Assembly: GCA_000092065.1 (NCBI GenBank)
Contig: CP000600.1
Source: Ostreococcus lucimarinus
Lineage: Eukaryota
Reading direction: 5' to 3' (one strand)
Length of the DNA stretch: 64,000 bases
The notes under the pieces are model-generated. The model saw nothing but the letters and a program-made list of their open reading frames with translations. It ran no database searches and was not told the DNA's origin. A program made the position numbers and the translations under genes. Shown here piece by piece: positions 1-9,764 of the stretch (its first letter is position 1; each line of letters begins with the position of its first letter).

Positions 1-1654
1 GAGTGCGCAAACCGTTTTCGCCTTTCTCTAATGTCCATTCCCAGAATCGCACCGTCTTGTCCGCCGAAGCGGAGACGAAACCACTGTCGTCGGGAAGCAT
101 GGCGAACGCCCACACCGCGCCTTCGTGCGCCTCGTCGGGTACAGTGAGCTGGGTTCCTGCGTTCACATCAACGAGCTCGATCGCGCCTTGCTTGGTACCA
201 ATGATGGCGTGCCGACCGCCCGGGGCGAACGACGCACACAACCCGTATCCACCCTTAACGGTTCTCAAACACGCGCCGTCGGCGACATTCCACAGCTTGC
301 AGCCGTTACTCGAGCACGAAAGCACGGTTTCATCATCCGGCGAGAGTGCTACGGCACGAACATCAGAGCGATGCCCGGGGTTCTCGATGGCGTGTAATTT
401 TTCTGGCTCTTCTTCTTCGATGATTTCCCACTCTTGCACCGAGTTGTCGTCGAGCAACACGGCAACTTTGCACATCACATCCGTCCGCTTCGGCGCTTCC
501 GTCGCGAACGCGAAGCCGCGCATTTTAGTTTTGGTCGTGACCGTTGATGCGAGTTCCAGCTCATCCCCCGCGCTTCGTGCGCCCTCTTCATCGTGCTCCT
601 CTCGGGCTTCCTTCGCCGCATCCAAGTCGCCGAGTTCCTCAGCTTCGCGCGCTTTCGCTTCCATCTTTTCGCGTTTGCGCTTCAACCGGCGCTTTTGTTT
701 CTTCATCGCTTCTTTATCGCCGCGCACGCGGTATATTTCGAGGCCGCGACCCGCGCCTTGCACGCCTAGATAGTTCCCAGTTTGATGAAACCGCACCGTC
801 ATCGCTCGTCCCTTTGCGGCGCGCGTCACCGTTCCCATTCGCACCAACGGCGACTCTTGATCGTACCCATCTCTTGACTCATCGCAGTCATACACATGTA
901 GCTTATCATCCCACGTTCCGATCACGCATCGCGTCTGCGTTGGGTTGACGTCTAAACTCCACGTCTCGCCCTCGAACCCCGTGCACGTCTGCGTGCACGC
1001 TCTCGTCCCCAAATCCCAAACTTTCACGTAGCCATCCTTACTCGTCGACACCACCTTTCGCCCGAATAGCTCAGCGCTCTTGTGCATTTTCCCATCGATG
1101 ATGACCACGTCCGTGATTTGATCGCGATGTCCTCGCAACCGCGTCAGCCCGCTCTCGGCGACTACGTCCCAAACCACAACGTCGGCGTCTCGCCCACCGG
1201 ACACCAGCAAGCTCCCGTCCTGCGAAAATCGTAGCGCGGTCACGTCGCGTTTATGTCCTCTAAAAGTCACGTCGCAGTCTAAATCACTCAACGACCAGAG
1301 TCTGATGCTTCCGTCGCTCGCCCCGCACGCGACGACGTCGCCGTTCGGCGACCTCGCGACGCACGTCACCCTCGGCGTCGCCTTCGTCACTCCGTGATCG
1401 TCTGGCTGCGGCTGTGGAATCAACGACGTATCGCGGACGCCGCGCTTCAAGTCCCAGATCCCCACGCGTTCGAGCGCGACGACGGCGAGGCGTTCTCGCG
1501 CCGCCGCCGCCGCCGGTTGCGCGTCGGAAAAATCATCATTTCCGCGCGACGTCGACGCTGGGACGTACGTGAGCGCGCCGGCGGTGTCCGAGATACCCGT
1601 CGCGACGACACCCCACGCTGCGGCTTGCTCGTAGCGCAGGTACGCCTTGACCAT
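1..1654 (-). CDS. WDR3: WD40-repeat protein, U3 snoRNP / SSU processome component WDR3/UTP12 (Dip2). 5' part only; the gene runs off the window start.
   Basis: Minus-strand translation from the ATG (revcomp CAT at 1652-1654) gives MVKAYLRYEQAAAWGVVATGISD..ALTYVP..LAVVALERVGIWDLKRG, matching the WDR3/Dip2 N-terminus. Multiple WD repeats follow, with no stop through to position 1. The ORF track omits it because it is edge-truncated. Confidence 0.7.
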   Translation of the reverse strand, partial: MVKAYLRYEQAAAWGVVATGISDTAGALTYVPASTSRGNDDFSDAQPAAAAARERLAVVALERVGIWDLKRGVRDTSLIPQPQPDDHGVTKATPRVTCVARSPNGDVVACGASDGSIRLWSLSDLDCDVTFRGHKRDVTALRFSQDGSLLVSGGRDADVVVWDVVAESGLTRLRGHRDQITDVVIIDGKMHKSAELFGRKVVSTSKDGYVKVWDLGTRACTQTCTGFEGETWSLDVNPTQTRCVIGTWDDKLHVYDCDESRDGYDQESPLVRMGTVTRAAKGRAMTVRFHQTGNYLGVQGAGRGLEIYRVRGDKEAMKKQKRRLKRKREKMEAKAREAEELGDLDAAKEAREEHDEEGARSAGDELELASTVTTKTKMRGFAFATEAPKRTDVMCKVAVLLDDNSVQEWEIIEEEEPEKLHAIENPGHRSDVRAVALSPDDETVLSCSSNGCKLWNVADGACLRTVKGGYGLCASFAPGGRHAIIGTKQGAIELVDVNAGTQLTVPDEAHEGAVWAFAMLPDDSGFVSASADKTVRFWEWTLEKGENGLRT

Positions 1655-1799
1655 GTCGAGCGGGACGCGGTGAATTGTGAAGCGCGAGCGGGACGGCGCT
1701 CGAGGACCGCGCGGCGACGTCGAGGCCGAATCAAAGAGCGATCGAAAAGCGCGCGCGTGTGAAGTAAAATTAATTATGTCGTGATGTGACGCCACGTGA

Positions 1800-2537
1800 T
1801 CAACGGAAGATTTTAAAGCCGTCGGCGACCGCGCGCATTTCTGCTTCGGCGTCGTCGTATCGTTCGGCGTCCTCCTCCACGGTCAACGTGTAAAGCGTGC
1901 TCGATCCAGCGTCGTCCACGTCCAGGGCTAACGTGCACTGAATCACGCGCCTGACGCCCAGCACGTTCTTTTCGTACACGATGTCGTAGTACTCGATCGA
2001 ATCTTTTCGACGTTCGGCGAACACGCGCAGTTTGGCGTTCGCCTTGCCGCGCGACTTTTTATTTTCAGAATCCACCAAACGCGCCGCCACGTCCTCGATC
2101 GAACCTATGTCGCGCAAACTCCGCGGCCCGCCGCTCGAGGCGGTCTGCTTACTCAGCGTGATCGTGTTCCCCGCCAACCCAAAACGTTTGTCCCGCAGCA
2201 GCGTCTCGTACGTCTTGCCCGAGGCGCTGTCCCCCAGATCGATCTCTTCGAAGTACTCCGGCACGTTACCGACGCGAAACGAGCGCGTCTCCACGCTAAA
2301 CGTCCGCGTTTCCTTCGTCGCGTCGCCCTCGTCGCGCGCTCGCGCGTCTTTCGCGAGCAGCGGGAGCAAACTCAACTGTAAACCTCGCGCAAAGCGTCGT
2401 CGAGTCGTCGTCGCTCCCGCGCGCGCGTCGTCGCTCCCGCGCGCGCGCGCCGCGGCCGACCGTTTCGCGTCGCGGCGTCGCTCGCGCCGCGGCGCCGCGC
2501 GAGTCGCCGCGCGCGCGCCGATCGGCGAAGCGCGCAT
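1800..2537 (-). CDS. PsbP-domain (PsbP-like, thylakoid-lumen) protein with an Arg/Ala-rich transit peptide
   Basis: ORF 1800..2585 (-). The first in-frame ATG is at 2535-2537 (the ORF track start is GTG). The C-terminal region (YETLLRDKRFGLAGNTITL..EYYDIVYEKNVLGVRRVIQ) resembles the PsbP/Mog1 fold. The N-terminus is R/A/S/T-rich. Confidence 0.45.
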   Translation of the reverse strand: MRASPIGARAATRAAPRRERRRDAKRSAAARARGSDDARAGATTTRRRFARGLQLSLLPLLAKDARARDEGDATKETRTFSVETRSFRVGNVPEYFEEIDLGDSASGKTYETLLRDKRFGLAGNTITLSKQTASSGGPRSLRDIGSIEDVAARLVDSENKKSRGKANAKLRVFAERRKDSIEYYDIVYEKNVLGVRRVIQCTLALDVDDAGSSTLYTLTVEEDAERYDDAEAEMRAVADGFKIFR

Positions 2538-2601
2538 CGGTTCGAACGTCCGACAGTGCCGCGCGCGCGCGAGACGAAGCGTCACTTTGCGCGGTGCGTC
2601 C

Positions 2602-2615
2602 TATTTTTAAAGAGC
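2602..2615. promoter_or_regulatory. AT-rich TATA-like element (CCTATTTTTAAAGAG) in the divergent spacer between the PsbP-like gene (ATG 2537, -) and the hypothetical gene (ATG 2663, +)
   Basis: It is the only AT-rich island in a >75% GC spacer, lying 50-65 nt from both ATGs. Confidence 0.3.
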
Positions 2616-2662
2616 GCGCGCGCGCGCGCGCCGCGGGCGCGCGGCGGCCGCGCGCGCGCGCG

Positions 2663-4777
2663 ATGGCGCGAGACGCCGTCGTCGAGCGCCGGTCGTCGGC
2701 GCGCGCGACGCCGCGCGTCGCCGCGCGCTCGGAGAGCCGCGCGGGACATCGCTCGCGTCGGCTGGAACGGCGAGACGGACGCGCGGGCGCGGCGACGTCT
2801 CTCGGGTTTCGACGGGCCCGCGACGTCGCGAACGAGGACGGAATCGAGCGGTGCGAGTGGAACGCGTCGTCGGAGGCGATGTCGCGAAGCGTGCTGGACG
2901 CGGCGACGACGCGGGCGGTGGCGAAGGTGGCGGCGCTTCGCGCGGCGAACGGCGACGACGAAGAACGACGCGCGGCGGTGGAGGATGCGCTTCGCGCCGT
3001 AGATCTCGTGGCGTCGAGCGCGAAGGAGGAAGTAAAGTCGGCGATGCGCTCGGTGAAGCGAGGGCGCGCGCGGGCGAAGGAGCTACGTGAGGAACTCGCG
3101 AGGGAGACGCGGCGGAGCGTAAAGGCGGAGACGGACGCGCGAGAGTTGCGATGCGATTTGGAATGCGCGCGCACGGCGTCGACGTGCGTTGATGTAGACG
3201 GCGCGAGTCGTATTACGGCGTCTGATGACTCGAATGGTCTAGGGCACACCGACGACGACGACGATTCGCGCGTGCGGCGCGCGTCGCAGTCGTCTAGCGA
3301 ATGCGCGAGCGCGTCGCCGCGTACCGAACGCGAACTGAGCGAGGTAGCGTCATCTTTAGGGGACGCAGACGTGGTCGCGAGCCTTCCCGTATTCGTTACA
3401 GACTTAAATCGGGAATGTGGCGGTGAAACCGGGACTGCGGTCGCGGGACGCGATCGACACGTTGATGACGACGACGCGCGGTTCTTCGCCGATACGGAGG
3501 CGTTGGATTCGCCGACGACACATCGTTTGGCGACACTCATAGCGATTGAGTTAGCTCTGAGCTATGACTCAAGCATGGACGTTTCGCATCGTGTTCGCGA
3601 GTTCTTTTACAAGCGACACGGCTCGCGGACTCTCGGTGACAAACACCACCAAATGTTCACGAAGGCGCTCGCGACGATCAACGCGCAGAGCGAGTGGGTG
3701 CAGACTTTCACACGATTCAAAGAGCTCGACGCGTTCGAACTCGAGCGAGTGATGTCGACCATTCGATTCACACAGCATGTATTGATTGAGTCACCGCAAA
3801 CTGCGCCGGTATTAGGCGTTGAAGAGGCGACGCGTTCGCTGGCACACTTGCTGGCTCCCGTTCTTGGCGAAGCGGCTCCGTCGACGGAAGACGTCGACGT
3901 CATCCGGCGAAGTGCGACGCATCGAAACGGAATATCGCGCGTCTCATTCGCGCTCGTCATAGAAAGGGGGCTCGTCGGTATTGTGCGTGCGCGGACATTC
4001 GCGCGCGAGGCCATCGCAGCGACGTTCGCCAAGCGGCATCCGTATGGAACCTTGGCGCATCACCCGGCGCTCGTGAAAACACTCAGCGAAGCGTTCAAGA
4101 GCGCGGGTGCGATCGCGCGCGCGATGCTGAACGACGACGACATGATTGATCGCGTCGCTGCTGACATCGCTCGGCGAGATGCCTCGACGCAAGATTTCGT
4201 CACGCTCGAGTGCTTCGTCGACGTCGCCTCGCGCGAACTCGAGCGATCGGGAGTTTCCAAAGCCTCCGACGTCGTAACGCCGCTTCGACCGCATACAGGA
4301 CCATCGCCACCAAAAGTCGCGTCGAATTCAATTCGACTCGTCAGCTCGCTCGCGCTCGTGGCGCACGCCTGGAGCATGGCCGCCGCCGTCGTCGATCGCT
4401 GGCTTCAGAAATGCGCCGCCGACGCGCGCCGTCCCCCGGCGCCGACCGCGGTCCATCGCACCGCACCATCCATCGCGACCGGCGCGTCACGCGCACCAAA
4501 TCCCCCGAATCCACCCTTACCCCAACCCATCGACGCCTCCAAGCGTCGTCTCATCAAGCGTCACGTCGGCCGGCTCGCCAAGCTTCGCGCCACCGCCGAC
4601 TTCGCCGTGCGCGCCGCGCAATCGCTCGCCCGTCGCGCCGACGCGACCAGCGACGTCGACCGCGCGTGGCAAACGTACGCGTCGACCGTGTGCGCGTTCG
4701 AAGCCGCGTTTTTAGCGCGCAGGCGTTCCCTCGGCGTCGTCGAAGGCGCGCTCGCCGACTGTTGGCGCCCACATTGA
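2663..4777 (+). CDS. Hypothetical protein (~704 aa) with no recognisable domain. The N-terminal third is low-complexity R/A/D-rich.
   Basis: Long + ORF 2594..4777. The ATG at 2663 is the first in-frame Met downstream of the TATA-like element. The latter half has balanced composition (FFYKRHGSRTLGDKHHQMFTKALATINAQSEWVQTFTRFKELDAFELERVMSTIRF). The competing minus ORF 2296..3540 is S/R-rich and typical of antisense. Confidence 0.45.
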   Translation: MARDAVVERRSSARATPRVAARSESRAGHRSRRLERRDGRAGAATSLGFRRARDVANEDGIERCEWNASSEAMSRSVLDAATTRAVAKVAALRAANGDDEERRAAVEDALRAVDLVASSAKEEVKSAMRSVKRGRARAKELREELARETRRSVKAETDARELRCDLECARTASTCVDVDGASRITASDDSNGLGHTDDDDDSRVRRASQSSSECASASPRTERELSEVASSLGDADVVASLPVFVTDLNRECGGETGTAVAGRDRHVDDDDARFFADTEALDSPTTHRLATLIAIELALSYDSSMDVSHRVREFFYKRHGSRTLGDKHHQMFTKALATINAQSEWVQTFTRFKELDAFELERVMSTIRFTQHVLIESPQTAPVLGVEEATRSLAHLLAPVLGEAAPSTEDVDVIRRSATHRNGISRVSFALVIERGLVGIVRARTFAREAIAATFAKRHPYGTLAHHPALVKTLSEAFKSAGAIARAMLNDDDMIDRVAADIARRDASTQDFVTLECFVDVASRELERSGVSKASDVVTPLRPHTGPSPPKVASNSIRLVSSLALVAHAWSMAAAVVDRWLQKCAADARRPPAPTAVHRTAPSIATGASRAPNPPNPPLPQPIDASKRRLIKRHVGRLAKLRATADFAVRAAQSLARRADATSDVDRAWQTYASTVCAFEAAFLARRRSLGVVEGALADCWRPH

Positions 4778-5002
4778 CATTTCGCCAACGGCTGGTCTTT
4801 TTCGCGCGTTCGCCGCGCGCCGCCGCGCGACATCATCGCGCGCCGCACACGCCCGCGCGGCGAGCTGGCGCGCGTCGCGGCCGACGGCGAGCGTCAAAGC
4901 GTCGACTCCGCGCGATCGACGCCGACGCGACGCCGTCGCGCGCGCCGACGCGCCGTCTCGAGCGCGTGAAGCGCCGCCGCCGCCGACGCCGAAATCGTCG
5001 TC

Positions 5003-6532
5003 ATGAGCTCGTCGTTCGCGAAAAAGCTCGCGGACAGCGATAAACGCGTGCGCGATAAGACGTTCGTGAACGTGTCGAAGTGGCTGGCCAGTCGCGAGAC
5101 GCTGACGGCGATCGATGGGAAGAAGCTGTGGCGCGGGTTGTTTTACTCGTATTGGCACGCCGACGGGAGAGCGACGCAGCTGGAGGTGGCGAATAAGATG
5201 GGAGCGCTCGTGCACGTGCTGAATCGCGAGGTGGCGATGGTGTACTTGGAAGCGGGGTTGTGGACGATGCGCACGGAGTGGGGTGGGATAGATAAGCACA
5301 GGATGGATAAGTATTGCTTGTTGACGCGACGCGTGTTGCACCACGGGTTTCGATTCGCGGGCGAACGAGGATGGGATATGGCGGATGATATCGGACGCGC
5401 GATGGCGGAGGCGATATTTGGGGCGCCGAAATCGGCGCAGTTGGAGGGTATCGGGTTCAAGTTGCACGTGGCGGAGGTGTTTTTGAGGGAGGTTGAGGCG
5501 GTGTGTAAGGGTGAGACGGGTTTGGCGATGGACGACGGGGAGGAGGAAATCGAGGCGGGCGCTCCGACGCCGATTCCGAGCGGCGCACTCGCGGCGTTGG
5601 TGGTCGTTTTCATCAACGCCATGCAGAAGGAGGAGAGCAATGTGTTGCTCAAGCGCATCCGCACCGACGTGTTCGAACCACTGACGGATGCGTCGCGAGC
5701 GAGCGAGGATCCGCGCGCGCCGCGTTTGACACCGAGTGCTTTGAAGAAACTTTACGAGCGCGCCATCACGCTCGGTGCCGAGCACGGCGTCGACGATGCG
5801 TGCAGAGAGTCGTTATACGAGTTACACGCCATGTTGAAGAAAGGCGCGAGCAAGATCAAGAAGGACGCCGAGGCGCGTGGTGAGGATCCAGAGGCGGAGG
5901 ACGTCGCGTCGCCACCGAAAAAGCGTAAGCAGAACGGCGTCTCGCAAGAGAGCGCCGGACTCGTCAACGGTTCGACTGCGAAGAAAAAGAAGAAGACGAA
6001 ACGCAAAGTCGACGAAGTCGACAAGCCCGTCGACGAAGAGGCCGCGAAGAAAGAAAAGAAACGTCGTAAGCGCGAACGTCGCCTGGCGAAGGAGCTCGCC
6101 GCGCGAGAAGCAGAGGAAGAGCGAAGCGCTAAGAAGAAGAAGAAGAAAAAGTCAAGCTCAAAGTCATCCGATGATGCCGCGACGGCAAAATCGTCAGACG
6201 CGTCAGAGAGGAGTGGATCGAAGCTGGTCGCCATGCGCGCCGTCGTGGACCGCGGAAACTCCGCGTCGCCGACGCCGTCGCTCGACTCGCTCGACTCCCC
6301 GTCCATGTCCCCGAGATCGAAACGCTTGATGTGGAACGACGAAGGCATCACGTATTCATCCCCGGACCTCCGGGGTCCGATCAACACGAAACGCGGCAAG
6401 CAAAATCTTCGTCTGACGCCGACGAAGACCATCTTCCGTCCGATTCACGGCAAGACCCACAGCGCGCCGCCGAAGCAGACCAAAACAAAGCTCTCCAACG
6501 GCGTCAAGCGTTCCGCCGAAGCATTCTTCTGA
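5003..6532 (+). CDS. RRP1: Ribosomal RNA processing protein 1 / Nop52 (nucleolar) with a Lys-rich C-terminal tail
   Basis: The N-terminal SSSFAKKLADSDKRVRDKTF..LWRGLFYSYWHADGRATQLEVANKMGALVH matches the Nop52 domain. The C-terminus is KKKKKTKRK-rich and NLS-like. Confidence 0.7.
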   Translation: MSSSFAKKLADSDKRVRDKTFVNVSKWLASRETLTAIDGKKLWRGLFYSYWHADGRATQLEVANKMGALVHVLNREVAMVYLEAGLWTMRTEWGGIDKHRMDKYCLLTRRVLHHGFRFAGERGWDMADDIGRAMAEAIFGAPKSAQLEGIGFKLHVAEVFLREVEAVCKGETGLAMDDGEEEIEAGAPTPIPSGALAALVVVFINAMQKEESNVLLKRIRTDVFEPLTDASRASEDPRAPRLTPSALKKLYERAITLGAEHGVDDACRESLYELHAMLKKGASKIKKDAEARGEDPEAEDVASPPKKRKQNGVSQESAGLVNGSTAKKKKKTKRKVDEVDKPVDEEAAKKEKKRRKRERRLAKELAAREAEEERSAKKKKKKKSSSKSSDDAATAKSSDASERSGSKLVAMRAVVDRGNSASPTPSLDSLDSPSMSPRSKRLMWNDEGITYSSPDLRGPINTKRGKQNLRLTPTKTIFRPIHGKTHSAPPKQTKTKLSNGVKRSAEAFF

Positions 6533-6692
6533 CGAACGCGCGCGAAACCAACCGACGACGACGACGACGACGATGATCCGATTTACATTACCACACTACT
6601 CCTCACTCTTCATTGTAACACGAATGTGTCTCCATACGTAGAAACGCCCTCGCTTCGTCTTCGCGCCTCGCCGCACTCGCCGCCTCTTCGCC

Positions 6693-8201
6693 ATGCCCGC
6701 GCTCGAAGAGGTCGACTGCGAGTTCATCGGCCCCGGCGGCGCGCGCGTCGAACGCGCCCTCGGCGACGTCGTGCGATGTCCCGTCGCCGTTCGCGGCGCG
6801 TGCGCGACGAGCGACGCGCACCCGCGCGACGCCTCGCGTCAACAGTCTGATTCAGCGAAACCGTCGCTCGCGCGCGCGGTCCGCGACGCCGCGCTCTCGA
6901 ACGGCGCGCTCACGGAGATCACCCGCGCGCTGTCGCAGTCGACGCGCGACGGCGCGGCGCCGAAAGCCGCGCTGGCGTGGCACCCGACGAAGGAAATCTT
7001 GGCGACGACGGATGACGGCGGTCGGTGCGCGACGCGCGACGCGGCGATGGATGATAAAGGCGCGGTGCGGGCGCGGAAACGCGCGAGCGACGACGAGAGC
7101 GAGTGCGAGGACGAGGTGACGACGCTGCGGCATCGCGCGCACGGACGGTGCGCGGCGATGGCGTGGCGGCCGAGACGGGGACGAGCGCTCGCGCTCGCGG
7201 GCGCGTCGGGCGTGTGCGTTTGGACGCGAGAGCGACGCGCGACGCGCGCGTCGAGCGCGGTTGCGAGCGAAACAGGAGCGCTAAGCCCGGTCGATGCGGC
7301 GAAAGTGCGAGCGTTGGCGCAGCGCGGGACGAGCGGGAAGACGAGCGGGTACCGTTGGAGGCTTACGATTTACAACGAGCGCGGAGCGCACGAGGCGGGG
7401 CCGACGGCGCCGCCGGGCGGGATATGCGCGTCGGAGTGCGTAGCGTGGAGCCCAGATGGACTTTTACTCGTGGCGTGCTCGCGAAGGTGTCGCGTGATTC
7501 ATTGCTGGGACGTGAGCGCGGGGACGTACACGCCTTTGGGCGGCGGCGGCGCGGGCATCTCCAGAGTCGCCTTCAGCGCGTGCGGAGGTTACCTTCTCGC
7601 CGCGCACGTGGGCGAGGGCTTTAGCGTTTGGCAGTGCGACACGATGACGTGTAGAAAGTGGAGCACGAACGGGCGCGAGGTGACCGCGACGGCCTGGGGC
7701 AACGTGCAAGGGAAGCAGGGAGACGCTCCGGTGGCGTTGATAGCCACGCGCGGTTCGGCGAAGCTCTCCGCCGTGCATCTTTCGCCCAGGGATTGCGTGA
7801 ACGAGATTGCGGCTCACGTGTTACCCTTAGAACTCCCGGACATCGTCGGCGGCGACGCCTCGCGATCTGGGACGAGCGAGCACGACGTCGCGGACATGGT
7901 TTGGGACGCGTCGAGCTCGCGCCTCGCGCTCGCGTTGCGCGGCGGCGACAGAGACGGTGTCGTCGCCCTCTACGCCACGCGCACGACAAACATCGTCAGC
8001 AGCAGTCTGATCGGATACTTCGACACCGCGGATGACGATACCGGCGCGCGCGTACCGGCGCAAGCGGTTAAAATTTCCACCCCGCTCGCCGTCGCCGCCG
8101 GCAGACTCCGCGCGACGCTCGCCGTCGCCTTCGCCAACGGCGACGTCGCCCTCGTCCCGCTCACCTTCGCCGACCCGTCCCTCGCGAGCGCGGCGTCTTA
8201 G
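6693..8201 (+). CDS. WD40-repeat protein, possibly aladin (AAAS)-like nucleoporin
   Basis: The pattern ..LAWHPTKEILATTDDGG..AAMAWRPRRGRALALAGASGVCVW..VAWSPDGLLLVACSRRCRVIHCWDV..VAFSACGGYLLAAHVGEGFSVWQ parallels the aladin repeats (AWHPH..SLAWKPLSASVLAVAC..IW). The assignment is tentative. Confidence 0.4.
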   Translation: MPALEEVDCEFIGPGGARVERALGDVVRCPVAVRGACATSDAHPRDASRQQSDSAKPSLARAVRDAALSNGALTEITRALSQSTRDGAAPKAALAWHPTKEILATTDDGGRCATRDAAMDDKGAVRARKRASDDESECEDEVTTLRHRAHGRCAAMAWRPRRGRALALAGASGVCVWTRERRATRASSAVASETGALSPVDAAKVRALAQRGTSGKTSGYRWRLTIYNERGAHEAGPTAPPGGICASECVAWSPDGLLLVACSRRCRVIHCWDVSAGTYTPLGGGGAGISRVAFSACGGYLLAAHVGEGFSVWQCDTMTCRKWSTNGREVTATAWGNVQGKQGDAPVALIATRGSAKLSAVHLSPRDCVNEIAAHVLPLELPDIVGGDASRSGTSEHDVADMVWDASSSRLALALRGGDRDGVVALYATRTTNIVSSSLIGYFDTADDDTGARVPAQAVKISTPLAVAAGRLRATLAVAFANGDVALVPLTFADPSLASAAS

Positions 8202-8315
8202 TTTTTTAGCGGCGAGACACGAGCGCGATCGCTCGCGCGATCGATTGTGATACCGACGGCGTCGGCGTTCGCTCCGGAACCGTCTCGTCCCGAGCCTCAC
8301 TCAAAGACGCACGCC

Positions 8316-9304
8316 ATGCTCGCGAGCGCGCGCCTCGTCGCCCCCGCGTCCGCGTCGCGACGCCCGACGACGTCCCCGAGCGCGTTCCGCGCGCGCGCGT
8401 CGCGCGCGATCGCCGCGCGCGCCGGTAAGAAGCGTTCAATATTCGAAGGTGCGTCAGAGCGCACAGACGTCACGCGACCGAGACTGACGACGCCGCGCGC
8501 GCGCGCGACGCAGAGATGCTGGACGTCATGGAGGGTGGCCCTAAACTGCGCCGCTGGTACGGTTCCGATAGCTCCGTCGGCGACGGCACCGGAGCGTCGG
8601 GCGACGAGAACGGCGACGAGACCGCGGCGTACGGCGACGCCGACGAGGCCGACGAGGACGACGACGACGTCGAGTTGAACCTACCCAAGACGAGCATTTT
8701 GGTCACGAACGCGGACGGCGCGCTCGGAGAATCCATCGTGGTGCAATTGATATTGGCCAAGGCGAGCGTGGTGGCGGCGTGCGAGGCGGAACAGATCGTC
8801 GGCGCGGAGACGCGGTTCGGTCCGTACGTAAACGTGGTGTCGAACTCGATGAGCGCGGGAGCGCGGTTGAACGGCGTGCGCGCGATGGTGGTGACGGACG
8901 CGCTGGAGGAGGATTTATTAGCGGCATGCGTGCGGAGAGGGGTGAAACACGTCGTGCTGGTGTCGAGCGCGAAGAGCGCGGGCGGCGGGTTGTTTCCGAG
9001 CGCCAACGAAAAGGCTCGACGAGATAAAACGAGAGAAGAGCTGGCCAAGCGAAGCGGCGTCGCGCTCACCATCATTCGACCGTGCAGCGTGAAATCATCA
9101 CCGTCGCAAGGTCGAGAGATAAGATTTGGACAGGGCGACACGCTCACGGGGGAGGTGAGCATGGAGGATTTGGCAGAAGTGTGCGCTCGTGCGCTCACGC
9201 GTCCGCCGAAGCCCGGCGAATCTCTCGAGTTCGAAGTCTCCAACGGCGCCGCCGCCGCCGAGCGCGACTGGAAAGCGTTATTCGCACCTCTAGTCATCGT
9301 TTAG
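8316..9304 (+). CDS. NAD(P)-binding Rossmann-fold protein (atypical SDR / NmrA-like), probably plastid-targeted. It has 2 exons, 8316..8448 and 8514..9304.
   Basis: Exon 1 (MLASARLVAPASASRRPTTSPSAFRARASRAIAARAGKKRSIFE) looks like a transit peptide and ends at the donor g|GTGCGTC. A 65-nt intron carries GACTGACGACG and the acceptor CGCAG. Exon 2 carries the SILVTNADGALGESIVVQL glycine-rich dinucleotide motif. Confidence 0.55.
8449..8513 (+). other. Intron (65 nt) of the NAD-binding protein gene
   Basis: GTGCGT donor, ACTGACG branch box 22 nt before the CAG acceptor. It joins two ORF-track frames into one protein with a plausible transit peptide. Confidence 0.55.
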
Positions 9305-9360
9305 CTACGCTATACATTCTATCAATACAACACCGAATTCGTTTCGTTTCGTCCCGTGAG

Positions 9361-9693
9361 CTAAACCATCATCCAGCGCCAGCGCGTCGCCATCCACGCC
9401 TCGACGTCCACGTCCGCCCCCAATCCCGCGACGTCGTCCCCCGCGCGCGCCCCGATCGACAGCTCTTGCAACTCGCTCGCGAACGACGCCCAAACGACGC
9501 CGCACGCGAGCACGAGCGCGAGCGTGACGACGCGTAACACCCAGCCCTCGGTCGTCGTCGTCGCCGCGTCTGGCTTGACGAGCAGCGCGGCGCGCTCGCC
9601 GCGCCGACGCCGATCGGGATTTTCGTCTCGTCGCTTGTCGCGTCGCGCGCGCACGAACGGAAGAAAAGAGAAGACGGCGCCGAAGAGACCCAT
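9361..9693 (-). CDS. Small hypothetical membrane protein (110 aa, two hydrophobic segments)
   Basis: ATG-initiated minus ORF (CAT at 9691-9693) between two convergent genes. It has hydrophobic stretches LFGAVFSFLPFV and WVLRVVTLALVLACGVVWASF. There is no homolog, so it is reported with low confidence only. Confidence 0.25.
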   Translation of the reverse strand: MGLFGAVFSFLPFVRARRDKRRDENPDRRRRGERAALLVKPDAATTTTEGWVLRVVTLALVLACGVVWASFASELQELSIGARAGDDVAGLGADVDVEAWMATRWRWMMV

Positions 9694-9764
9694 CGCGCGG
9701 CGACGTCTGCGGTTCGACGCGGCGACGAGTGGCGAACTACGACGCTTCCTAATGACACGTCGAT

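Noticed and set aside
3-773. ORF-track + ORF (256 aa, S/A/T-rich) at the window start
   Set aside because: It is antisense to the WDR3/UTP12 WD40 gene, which reads cleanly on the minus strand with homolog-like sequence. The composition is typical of GC-bias antisense ORFs.
2594-2601. GTGCGTCC (donor-like) at the ORF-track 'start' of the 2594-4777 ORF, considered as an intron start
   Set aside because: There is no ACTGACG branch box or CAG acceptor downstream before the ATG at 2663. The ORF-track start is simply a GTG codon, and the real start is the ATG at 2663.
2296-3540. Minus ORF of 414 aa (S/R-rich) overlapping the 2663-4777 gene
   Set aside because: Low-complexity, Ser/Arg/Ala-dominated, with no start context. 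The overlapping + ORF is longer, has balanced composition and a TATA-like element upstream.
4712-5785. Minus ORF of 357 aa overlapping RRP1/Nop52
   Set aside because: It is antisense to a clearly conserved Nop52 domain. It is R/L/H-rich and typical of the reverse frame of GC3-saturated genes.
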